Positions 34,892 through 41,736 of a DNA stretch of 41,736 nt are shown one piece after another. The position numbers were made by a program, and so were the translations under genes. Numbering within the stretch: position 1 is the first letter of the stretch; the number at the start of each line of letters is the position of its first letter. The DNA comes from Desulfuromonadales bacterium. Lineage in GTDB: Bacteria; Desulfobacterota; Desulfuromonadia; Geobacterales; Pseudopelobacteraceae. The DNA lies in contig JAATGX010000211.1 in the NCBI GenBank assembly GCA_015688915.1, positions 1-41,736 of the forward strand, given 5' to 3'. The notes under the pieces were generated by a model. The model was not told the origin of the DNA. It did no database searches and saw nothing but the letters and a program-made list of their open reading frames with translations.

Positions 34892-35335
34892 ATGACCCTC
34901 TGGAAAACCCCGGTAACCCTGGATTACCTGAAAGAAAGATCGAAAAATACCTTGATGGAGCATCTGGGAATCGAATATCTGGAGATTGGCGATGATTTTC
35001 TCAAGGCAAGGATGCCGGTTGATCACAGAACGAAACAGCCAAACGGGATCCTCCATGGCGGGGCTTCGGCGGCACTGGCGGAGACCCTGGGCAGTGTGGC
35101 GGCGGGATTGTGTGTGGACAAGGAAAAGAGGACTGTTGTCGGGCTCGAAATAAACGCAAATCACATTCGTCCGGTAACCGGCGGGTGGGTTGTCGGTGTG
35201 ACGAAACCGATCCATGTGGGAACTACGACTCAAATCTGGGAAATCAGGATTTATAACGAACAGGAAAAGCTGGTGTGTGTTTCACGGCACACCGTGGCAA
35301 ACATAGATAAAGCGCCCGTTGCCGGTTACCCCTAG
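34892..35335 (+). CDS. PaaI/YbdB-type hotdog-fold thioesterase
   Basis: 147 aa from ATG 34892. Motif NGILHGGASAALAETLGS typical of the PaaI/EntH family. The track ORF from 34628 overlaps bfr in another frame. Confidence 0.85.
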   Translation: MTLWKTPVTLDYLKERSKNTLMEHLGIEYLEIGDDFLKARMPVDHRTKQPNGILHGGASAALAETLGSVAAGLCVDKEKRTVVGLEINANHIRPVTGGWVVGVTKPIHVGTTTQIWEIRIYNEQEKLVCVSRHTVANIDKAPVAGYP

Positions 35336-37539
35336 GCCCGCTCCAGCCCGGCAAAACGGAGCATCAGCTTCTTCGGCCCCACCGAGGTGAACCAGACAAT
35401 GACCTTTTGTCCTTCACCCGTCCCCTCGATCTTCCTGATGTCCCCCACCCCGAACTTGCCATGCCGTACCCGCATGCCGATAAAGGCCCCTTCGTGCTCA
35501 TCGGGCGGCTCGGGAATGATCTCAATGTCGTTGGATTGGGAAAATTTGGCGGCTGCGGCCAGATTGTGCGCCGGGTAGGGCGTGGCATAGGCGCCGGATG
35601 GTTCGCCTCCGCGGTCGCTCCCCTCCTCGTTCAGCAATTCGGCCGGGATATCCTTCAGGAAGCGTGACGGCGCGTTGACCTGTTCCTGCCCGAACAGGTA
35701 GCGGCGGCGGGCGTTGAGCAGGTAGAGCCGCTCCCGGGCACGGGTCATGCCCACGTAGCAGAGGCGGCGTTCCTCCTCCATGCCGTCCAGATCGTCCAGG
35801 GCGCGGATATGGGGAAAGAGCCGCTCCTCCATGCCGATCATGAAGACCGCCCGGAATTCCAGTCCCTTGGCGGCGTGCAGGGTCATCAGGGTTACCGACG
35901 GTTTGCCGCTCTCCCCCTGTTCCAGGTCCGAGACCAGCGACACCTGTTCCAGAAACTCCGACAGGCCTGCCTCGGGGTTCTTTTCGGTGAACTCTTCCAT
36001 GGCCGCCAGCAATTGCTCCAGGTTCTCCAGCCGTTCGGCGTCGCCATCGTCGCGACTCTCCTTCAGGCGGGTCAGGTAGCCGCTCTCCTCCATCACGGTG
36101 CGGGCCAGTTCCGGCAGAACGGCCATTCCGCTCACCTCCCGGAAATGTGCCAGCAGGGCGCCAAAGCCGGCCACCTTGCCCTGCGGCCCGGCAGCCAGGA
36201 CGCCGCCCTGGCCGGCGACCTGCAACGCCGCGTAAAAACTGCTCCCCTGCCTGCCGGCCAGGGCGGCGATCCGGTCCACGGTGGTGGCGCCGATCCCGCG
36301 CGCCGGGACATTTATGATCCGTTTCAGCGAGATCTCGTCGGCCGGATTGTCCAGCACACGCAGATAGGCCAGGATGTCCTTGACCTCCATGCGGGCATAG
36401 AACCTGACGCCGCCGACGATGTGGTAGGGAAGCGCCTCTGACACCAACGCCTCTTCCACCAGCCGTGATTGGGCGTTGGTGCGGTAGAAGACGGCCATCT
36501 CCTCCAGCGGCACCCCTCGCCCCCGCAACCGGCCGATCTCGCGGCTGACGAAGCGCGCCTCCTCCCGGTCCGATTCTACCCGTTGATAGACGATCCGTTC
36601 TCCTTCCGGGTTCTCTGTCCAGAGGGTCTTCCCCTTGCGCCCGAAGTTCTGTTTGACCACCTCGCCGGCCGCCTTGAGTATGGTGGCGGTGGAACGGTAG
36701 TTCTGCTCCAGCCGGATAACCTTGACGCCGGGAAAGTCCTTCTCGAACTCCAGGATATTGCGGATATCGGCGCCACGCCAGGAGTAGATGGACTGGTCGT
36801 CATCCCCCACGACGCAGAGGTTGCGGCGTTCTCCGGCCAGCAGGCGGATCAGTTTGTACTGCACCGGGTTGGTGTCCTGGTATTCGTCCACCAGGATCCA
36901 TTGGAAGCGTTCCTGGTACTGGCGGCGCACCTCGGGGAATTCCTCCAGGAGCCGCACGGTCTGGATCAGCATGTCGCCGAAATCCAGGGCATTGCACTTC
37001 TGCAGCCGCTGCTGGTAGGCGGCATAGATCTGCACGACCCGTTCGTTGAAGATATCGCCGGTTGCGACGGAGTCGATATCCCCGGGGAACAGGCCGCGGT
37101 TCTTGTAATCGTCGATCCGGGCGCCGATGACCTTGGTCGGGAAACGCTTCTCGTCCAGGTCCAGTTCGGCCAGCACGTCCTTCAGGAGGCGCTCGGAATC
37201 GCGGTCGTCGTAGATGGCGAATGAGGATTCGTAACCCAGATGGTGGATCTCCCGGCGCAGGATGCGGCCGCAGGCGGCATGAAAGGTGGATATCTGGGGG
37301 GCATCGCCGCTGGCCAGCAGGCGCTGGACCCGCTCGGCCATTTCCCTGGCCGCCTTGTTGGTGAAGGTCACGGCCAGGATGTTCCTGGGATGTACCCCCT
37401 GGTCATGGATCAGGTGGGCGATGCGGTGGGTGATGACGCGGGTCTTGCCCGATCCGGCGCCTGCCAGGATCAGGAGCGGCCCCTCGCCGTGCAGTACGGC
37501 CTCTTTCTGGGGCGGGTTGAGGTGTTTGAGGAGGTCCAT
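35332..37539 (-). CDS. pcrA: ATP-dependent DNA helicase PcrA/UvrD (SF1)
   Basis: 735 aa with motif I AGAGSGKT, motif II VDEYQDTN, the later helicase motifs and a C-terminal Tudor-like tail. Confidence 0.95.
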   Translation of the reverse strand: MDLLKHLNPPQKEAVLHGEGPLLILAGAGSGKTRVITHRIAHLIHDQGVHPRNILAVTFTNKAAREMAERVQRLLASGDAPQISTFHAACGRILRREIHHLGYESSFAIYDDRDSERLLKDVLAELDLDEKRFPTKVIGARIDDYKNRGLFPGDIDSVATGDIFNERVVQIYAAYQQRLQKCNALDFGDMLIQTVRLLEEFPEVRRQYQERFQWILVDEYQDTNPVQYKLIRLLAGERRNLCVVGDDDQSIYSWRGADIRNILEFEKDFPGVKVIRLEQNYRSTATILKAAGEVVKQNFGRKGKTLWTENPEGERIVYQRVESDREEARFVSREIGRLRGRGVPLEEMAVFYRTNAQSRLVEEALVSEALPYHIVGGVRFYARMEVKDILAYLRVLDNPADEISLKRIINVPARGIGATTVDRIAALAGRQGSSFYAALQVAGQGGVLAAGPQGKVAGFGALLAHFREVSGMAVLPELARTVMEESGYLTRLKESRDDGDAERLENLEQLLAAMEEFTEKNPEAGLSEFLEQVSLVSDLEQGESGKPSVTLMTLHAAKGLEFRAVFMIGMEERLFPHIRALDDLDGMEEERRLCYVGMTRARERLYLLNARRRYLFGQEQVNAPSRFLKDIPAELLNEEGSDRGGEPSGAYATPYPAHNLAAAAKFSQSNDIEIIPEPPDEHEGAFIGMRVRHGKFGVGDIRKIEGTGEGQKVIVWFTSVGPKKLMLRFAGLERA

Positions 37540-37545
37540 GAATCC

Positions 37546-37575
37546 GTTTTAGCCCCTTCATGCCGGCAGCGTCAA
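37546..37575 (-). promoter_or_regulatory. candidate promoter TTGACG-18-TAAAAC for pcrA
   Basis: On the minus strand the -35 is at 37575-37570 and the -10 at 37551-37546. The -10 ends 6 nt before the ATG (37539). No SD is visible. Confidence 0.3.
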
Positions 37576-37764
37576 GGAGAAAGGGGTGGCACAGCCAATG
37601 AACGGCGCGGGATAGCCGGATGGGCATCGACGGAATAGTCCAGGTTATAAGTCCTTGAATAATACGGAAATGCTTATACAATAAGCAACAATGCAATCCA
37701 TGAGAGACAAATGGCAGGTTCGATTGTATACTTTTGACCACTGGCCTGACCATGTTTTAATCAT

Positions 37765-37787
37765 CTGTGCCAATGCTATTGGCACAG
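37765..37787. promoter_or_regulatory. perfect palindrome CTGTGCCAAT-GCT-ATTGGCACAG
   Basis: 10-bp arms with a 3-bp spacer, in the AT-rich pcrA/etfB intergenic region. Probable dimeric regulator site. Confidence 0.45.
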
Positions 37788-37902
37788 AGGTGAATATTTT
37801 TTAGCGATACTAAAATTGTGCCGTTGTTTTTCCTGTTTTTTGATTTTCGTCAAATGGGTATGCTTCGTGCTTTGCTACGGTGCAAAAGAGCAGGGGCACC
37901 GG

Positions 37903-37931
37903 AGCCTGGCTATTTCAGCCCAGGCTTTTTT
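37903..37931 (+). terminator. orphan intrinsic terminator-like hairpin on the plus strand
   Basis: AGCCTGG(C)-loop-(G)CCAGGCT followed by T6. It is preceded by a second hairpin CGGTGC-N12-GCACCG (37878-37901). No annotated plus-strand gene lies upstream. Confidence 0.5.
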
Positions 37932-37981
37932 GTTCCATGACTGAGTGCAGTCATTCTTGCTCTTATCCGCAATATTTCCGC

Positions 37982-38010
37982 TTGATCTGCTTTTGACGTA
38001 AAGGTAAATT
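37982..38010 (+). promoter_or_regulatory. candidate sigma-70 promoter TTGATC-17-TAAATT for the etf operon
   Basis: -35 at 37982-37987 and -10 at 38005-38010, 30 nt upstream of the etfB ATG. Confidence 0.35.
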
Positions 38011-38040
38011 ACCGACAATCTTTGTCCGCCGAGGTTCCTC

Positions 38041-38856
38041 ATGCTCGTAGTAGCCTGTATCAAGCAGGTTCCCGACACCACCCAGGTCCAGATCGACCCG
38101 GTCACCAATACCCTGGTGCGCGAGGGGATTCCTTTTATTGTCAACCCCTACGATACCCATGCCCTGGAAGAGGCGCTTCGCCTGAAGGACCGCTTCGGTT
38201 GCCGCGTGGCCGCCATCTCCATGGGGCCCCCCAACGCCGAGGCCACGCTCAAGAAGGCCCTGGCACTGGGGGTGGATGACGCCATCCTGCTCTCCGACCG
38301 GGTCTTTGGCGGCGCCGATACCCTGGCCACCAGCAACGTCCTCTCCGCCGCCATCCGCAAGCTGCACGACGAGGTGGATGAGGTCGGCCTGGTCCTGTGC
38401 GGCAAGCAGACCATCGACGGCGACACGGCCCAGGTTGGTCCGGGCATTGCCAGCCGCCTTTCCTTTCAGCAACTCACGCTTGTGGACAAGATAGTCAACC
38501 TGGATCTCGGTACGAAGCGAATCCGCGTGAGCCGCAAACTGGAGGGGCGGCACGAGATCGTCGAGGCTCCCCTGCCGGTCATGCTCACGGTGGTCCGCGA
38601 ACTGAACCGGCCCCGCTACCCCAAGGTCCCCATGCGGCTGGCCGCGGCCGATGCCCAGGTGACGGTCTGGAACAACCAGGTGCTCAAGCTGGATGAACAA
38701 AAGATCGGCCTGAAAGGCTCCCCCACCTGGGTCAGCAAGATATTCTCGCCGGAGCGGGCCAAGGGCGAAATTATCGGTGATGGCTATGCCGATCCGGAAG
38801 CCGCGGCGCGACTGCTGATCGAAAAACTTTTGGCCAAGGACATGTTACCGCTATGA
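38041..38856 (+). CDS. etfB: electron transfer flavoprotein beta subunit
   Basis: 271 aa, EtfB-like from the N-terminus (MLVVACIKQVPDT...). Confidence 0.9.
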   Translation: MLVVACIKQVPDTTQVQIDPVTNTLVREGIPFIVNPYDTHALEEALRLKDRFGCRVAAISMGPPNAEATLKKALALGVDDAILLSDRVFGGADTLATSNVLSAAIRKLHDEVDEVGLVLCGKQTIDGDTAQVGPGIASRLSFQQLTLVDKIVNLDLGTKRIRVSRKLEGRHEIVEAPLPVMLTVVRELNRPRYPKVPMRLAAADAQVTVWNNQVLKLDEQKIGLKGSPTWVSKIFSPERAKGEIIGDGYADPEAAARLLIEKLLAKDMLPL

Positions 38857-40175
38857 GTGACGAAAAACCGAAGATCAAGAAACCGCGCGGCAAGGCGCAC
38901 CTCATCTCCGGCAAATGTATCGCCTGCGGCGCCCGGTGCCAGAGCGTCTGCCCGGTCAACGCAGTCGAGATGAACGACGCCGGCGAGCCGATCATTATTC
39001 CGGAGAAATGCATCGGCTGCGTCAAATGCGTCAAGATCTGCCCGGCCGAGGCGTTGGAGATGTTCTTCACCCCCGAGGAACTGAAGATCCTGGAGCAACT
39101 GGCCGCCTCTGCCGTTCCCGCTGAAGAGGAAATCGACCCTGAGGCCGCGGCCCTGGCGGAAAAGCTGGCCCGGTACCGCGGGGTGTGGGTCTTTGTGGAG
39201 CAGACCGAGGGTGAACCGGCCAAGGTTTCCTGGGAACTGCTGGGCGTGGGCGCTCAACTGGCCGCCTCCCTGGGTGTGGAATTATCCGCCCTGGTGATCG
39301 GTGAGAACGTCGAACACCTCTGTCATGAAGCCTTTGTCCACGGCGCCCAAAAAGCCTACCTCGTGGATGCCCCGGTCTTTCGCAACTATCGCACCGAGGC
39401 CTACGTCGAAGCCTGCTGCCATTTGATCGAGGCCTACAAGCCGGAGGTGATCCTGATGGGCGCCACCGGCATGGGACGCGATCTGGCCGGGGCGGTCGCC
39501 ACCCGCGTCGGCACCGGTCTGACCGCCGACTGCACCGGTCTGGGGATCGACGATAAACGTAACCTGATGCAGACCCGCCCCGCGTTTGGCGGCAACATCA
39601 TGGCCACCATCATGTGCGATAAATTCCGTCCCCAGATGGCCACGGTCCGCCCCAACGTCATGCCCATGCCGGAGGCGAAGCCGGGTGCGAAAGGCGCCAT
39701 CATTCGCGATGCGTTCACGGTTCCCGAGGAGAACATCCTCACCAAGGTGATCGAGATCATTCGGGATGCCAAGAGCAAAGACCATGTGGATATCACCGGC
39801 GCCGATTTCATCGTTTCCGGCGGTCGCGGCATGATGGCCCCCGAGAACTTTGCCCTGTTGCAGGAATTGGCCGATGAGCTGGGCGGCGTGGTGGGCGGCT
39901 CCAGAAGCGCCATCGACGCCGGCTGGCTGCCCCAGGACCGCCAGGTGGGGCAGACCGGCAAAACCGTGCGCCCCAAGATCTACATCGCCTGCGGCATATC
40001 GGGCGCCATCCAGCATCTGGTGGGCATGCAGGATTCGGACATGGTCATCGCCATCAACCGGGACCGCCAGGCCCCGATCTTCGAGGTGGCCACCTACGGC
40101 ATCGTCGGAGACCTGTTCCAGGTGATCCCGGCCATTACGAAGCGGATACGTGAACTGAAAGGAGCAAGGGACTAG
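38853..40175 (+). CDS. etfA: electron transfer flavoprotein alpha subunit with N-terminal 2x[4Fe-4S] ferredoxin domain
   Basis: 440 aa. CIACGARCQSVCP and CIGCVKCVKICP in the first ~60 aa, followed by an EtfA/FixB-like body with an FAD-binding C-terminus. ATGA overlap with etfB. Confidence 0.9.
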   Translation: MSDEKPKIKKPRGKAHLISGKCIACGARCQSVCPVNAVEMNDAGEPIIIPEKCIGCVKCVKICPAEALEMFFTPEELKILEQLAASAVPAEEEIDPEAAALAEKLARYRGVWVFVEQTEGEPAKVSWELLGVGAQLAASLGVELSALVIGENVEHLCHEAFVHGAQKAYLVDAPVFRNYRTEAYVEACCHLIEAYKPEVILMGATGMGRDLAGAVATRVGTGLTADCTGLGIDDKRNLMQTRPAFGGNIMATIMCDKFRPQMATVRPNVMPMPEAKPGAKGAIIRDAFTVPEENILTKVIEIIRDAKSKDHVDITGADFIVSGGRGMMAPENFALLQELADELGGVVGGSRSAIDAGWLPQDRQVGQTGKTVRPKIYIACGISGAIQHLVGMQDSDMVIAINRDRQAPIFEVATYGIVGDLFQVIPAITKRIRELKGARD

Positions 40176-40238
40176 GGACTAGGGACCGGGGACCGGTAAA
40201 TGCCTCTACCAATCCCCAGTCCCCAGTCCCCAGTCCCT
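40167..40238. repeat. heptamer-repeat inverted repeat forming a ~26-bp imperfect hairpin; G4 motifs on both strands
   Basis: Left arm (GGGACTA)2(GGGACCG)2 at 40168-40195 overlaps the etfA stop. Right arm (TCCCCAG)3TCCCT at 40213-40238. 23 of 26 positions pair by hand alignment. Confidence 0.85.
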
Positions 40239-40247
40239 GAAATTGCC

Positions 40248-41736
40248 ATGACACCCAACCCGACCATATTCACTCCCCTCCTGATCCTGTCGCTCGGCAT
40301 CTTCGCCTGGGGCTGTTGGCGCCGGTTCTCCCTGGTGACCCTGGGCAGGCCCGAAGGGCGTTTCGATAACATCGGCCAGCGCATCGGCGAGATGCTGCTG
40401 TACGCCTTCGGCCAGAAACGGGTGCTGGCCAAACCGTTCGGCGTCAACCACGCCGTCATCTTCTGGTCCTTTATCGTCCTGCTGATAGCCAACGGCGAAT
40501 TCATGCTGCATGGCATGTTTCCCGCCATCAGCCTGGAGCACCTCCCTCAGGGCATCTACCATCCGCTGTTGCTGATTCTGGACATCATCTCGCTCCTGGC
40601 GCTGGCCGCCGTGAGCATCGCCGCCGTCCGCCGGGCCGTTTCCCCCCCTTATCCCGAGGCCCGCACGCCGGAGGCCTTTTTCATTCTCTCCCTGATCGCC
40701 CTGCTGATGCTGGCCTCGTTCGGCATCAACGCCAGCCGCCTGGCCGGCGGAGAGATGGATGGCGCCCTTGCCTGGTTGCCCGTGTCGGGGAAGGTGGCCC
40801 GGTTCATTCCGGCCGCGTCGGCCCAGTCCGTTTATACGGCCTGCTGGTGGCTGCACGCGGTGGCCCTGCTCCTGTTCATGAACTATCTTCCTTACAGCAA
40901 GCACATGCACATCCTGACCGCCATTCCCAACTGTTTCTTTCGCAGGCTGGGAAAGCCCAATACCCAACCACGGGAGGAATTCGTCACCGGCAACAGCTTC
41001 GGTGTCGACCAGGTAGGGCGTTTCACCTGGAAGGACCTGCTGGATTCCCTCGCCTGTACCGAGTGCGGGCGCTGCCAGAACGTCTGTCCGGCCGGCATCA
41101 CCGGCAAACCGCTCAATCCCCGCGCCATCATCCACGATATCAAGGTCAATCTGCTGGAGAACGGCCCGCTGCTGAAAAAGGGAGAGAAACCCGTAACGCC
41201 GCTCATCGGCGACAGCGGTGAGGGAAGTTGCTCCGAAGAGGCCATCTGGTCCTGCACTACCTGTGGCGCCTGCATGGACGCCTGCCCGGTCTTTATCGAA
41301 CAGATGCCCAAGATCATCCAGATGCGCAGGCACCTGGTGGAGAGCGAGGCCAGATTTCCCGAAGAATTGCTGAATCTGTTCGAAAACATGGAAGGGCGCA
41401 GCAACCCGTGGGGCATCGCCCCCACGGAGCGGACCAAGTGGTACAGCCAGTTGGAGGTCAAGCCCTTTGACAAGGAAACCACCGAGTACCTCTTCTATGT
41501 TGGCTGTGCCGGTTCTTTCGACTCGCGTGCCAAGCACGTGACCGTGGCCATGGCCCAGCTCCTGGACAAGGCCGGGGTGTCCTGGGGTGTCCTGGGCAAG
41601 GACGAGAAGTGCTGCGGCGACAGTGTGCGCAGGCTGGGCAACGAATACGTCTTTGACCGGATGGCGAAGGAGAATGCGGCGATCTTTATCGAGCGGGGGG
41701 TAAAGAAAGTCATCACCCAGTGCCCGCACTGCTTCA
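40248..41736 (+). CDS. membrane-bound Fe-S oxidoreductase (N-terminal polytopic domain + 2x[4Fe-4S] + CCG domain; HdrD/GlpC/DUF224-like), 3' end outside window
   Basis: Hand translation from ATG 40248 is open to the window end (496 codons). TM-rich N-terminus with YSKHMHILTAIPN. Also CTECGRCQNVCP, CTTCGACMDACP, KCCGDS and QCPHCF. Missing from the ORF track because there is no stop in the window. Confidence 0.85.
   Translation, partial: MTPNPTIFTPLLILSLGIFAWGCWRRFSLVTLGRPEGRFDNIGQRIGEMLLYAFGQKRVLAKPFGVNHAVIFWSFIVLLIANGEFMLHGMFPAISLEHLPQGIYHPLLLILDIISLLALAAVSIAAVRRAVSPPYPEARTPEAFFILSLIALLMLASFGINASRLAGGEMDGALAWLPVSGKVARFIPAASAQSVYTACWWLHAVALLLFMNYLPYSKHMHILTAIPNCFFRRLGKPNTQPREEFVTGNSFGVDQVGRFTWKDLLDSLACTECGRCQNVCPAGITGKPLNPRAIIHDIKVNLLENGPLLKKGEKPVTPLIGDSGEGSCSEEAIWSCTTCGACMDACPVFIEQMPKIIQMRRHLVESEARFPEELLNLFENMEGRSNPWGIAPTERTKWYSQLEVKPFDKETTEYLFYVGCAGSFDSRAKHVTVAMAQLLDKAGVSWGVLGKDEKCCGDSVRRLGNEYVFDRMAKENAAIFIERGVKKVITQCPHCF

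Noticed and set aside
35332-35335. Convergent thioesterase and pcrA genes overlap by 4 nt, sharing CTAG as stop codons on both strands
   Set aside because: The overlap is real but is a trivial consequence of the palindromic CTAG. No terminator or regulatory structure is evident, so it was not judged worth follow-up.
37779-37795. TTGGCACAGAGGTGAAT as a sigma-54 promoter
   Set aside because: The -24 TGGCAC is perfect, but the -12 position reads TGAA instead of TTGC (no GC dinucleotide). In addition, the TGGCAC is simply the right arm of the palindrome. It is treated as an operator instead.
37853-37939. 28-codon sORF (MGMLRALLRCKRAGAPEPGYFSPGFFVP) overlapping the orphan terminator
   Set aside because: No Shine-Dalgarno and no recognisable leader-peptide logic, and the hairpins sit inside it. 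It is kept only as a footnote to the sRNA/attenuator hypothesis.
37875-38144. 89-aa minus-strand ORF spanning the etfB start
   Set aside because: It crosses the etf promoter, the terminator hairpins and the etfB 5' end. It has no RBS and a composition unlike a real protein.
40206-41729. 507-aa minus-strand ORF, the longest ORF listed for this region
   Set aside because: Low-complexity Gly/Arg/Asp/His-rich translation typical of an antisense shadow ORF in GC-rich DNA. The plus-strand frame from ATG 40248 encodes clear CxxCxxCxxxCP and CCG motifs and TM helices, so the plus strand is the real gene.

Overview
High-GC bacterial chromosome segment. Gene order and protein sequences look like a Geobacter or Desulfuromonadales-type deltaproteobacterium; this is inference, no search was run. 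Bases 1-26796 form one uninterrupted plus-strand flagellar super-cluster: (fliF)-fliGHIJ-ylxF-like-fliK-flgD-TIGR02530-like-flgE-fliLMNOPQR-flhBAFG-fliA-flgFGAHI-flgJ(rod-binding only)-flgN-like-flgKL, ending in a clear intrinsic terminator. Bases 27017-37539 hold accessory and housekeeping genes. They include a MATE exporter and a minus-strand TetR / flavin reductase / QueG-like Fe-S protein / MFS module. They also include LOG, an AI-2E transporter, def, bfr, a hotdog thioesterase and pcrA/uvrD. After a 500-bp AT-rich gap comes etfB, ferredoxin-fused etfA and a membrane Fe-S oxidoreductase that runs off the window. The ORF track omits this last gene and the fliF tail. I see no CRISPR array, transposase, integrase, phage gene or recognisable defence system, so I cannot name a new protein system. 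The most unusual signals are these: (1) flhB lacks any canonical start and lies in frame behind fliR across a single TGA. (2) Two families of triple-hairpin G/C-tract repeats sit inside the flagellar cluster, including an 88-bp pair in inverted orientation 15.3 kb apart. (3) A heptamer-repeat hairpin with G-quadruplex potential lies between etfA and the Fe-S gene. (4) An orphan terminator and a palindrome lie upstream of etfB. (5) FlhG carries a Gly-to-Ala change in its P-loop. (6) Several non-flagellar genes look leaderless. All coordinates and alignments were done by hand.
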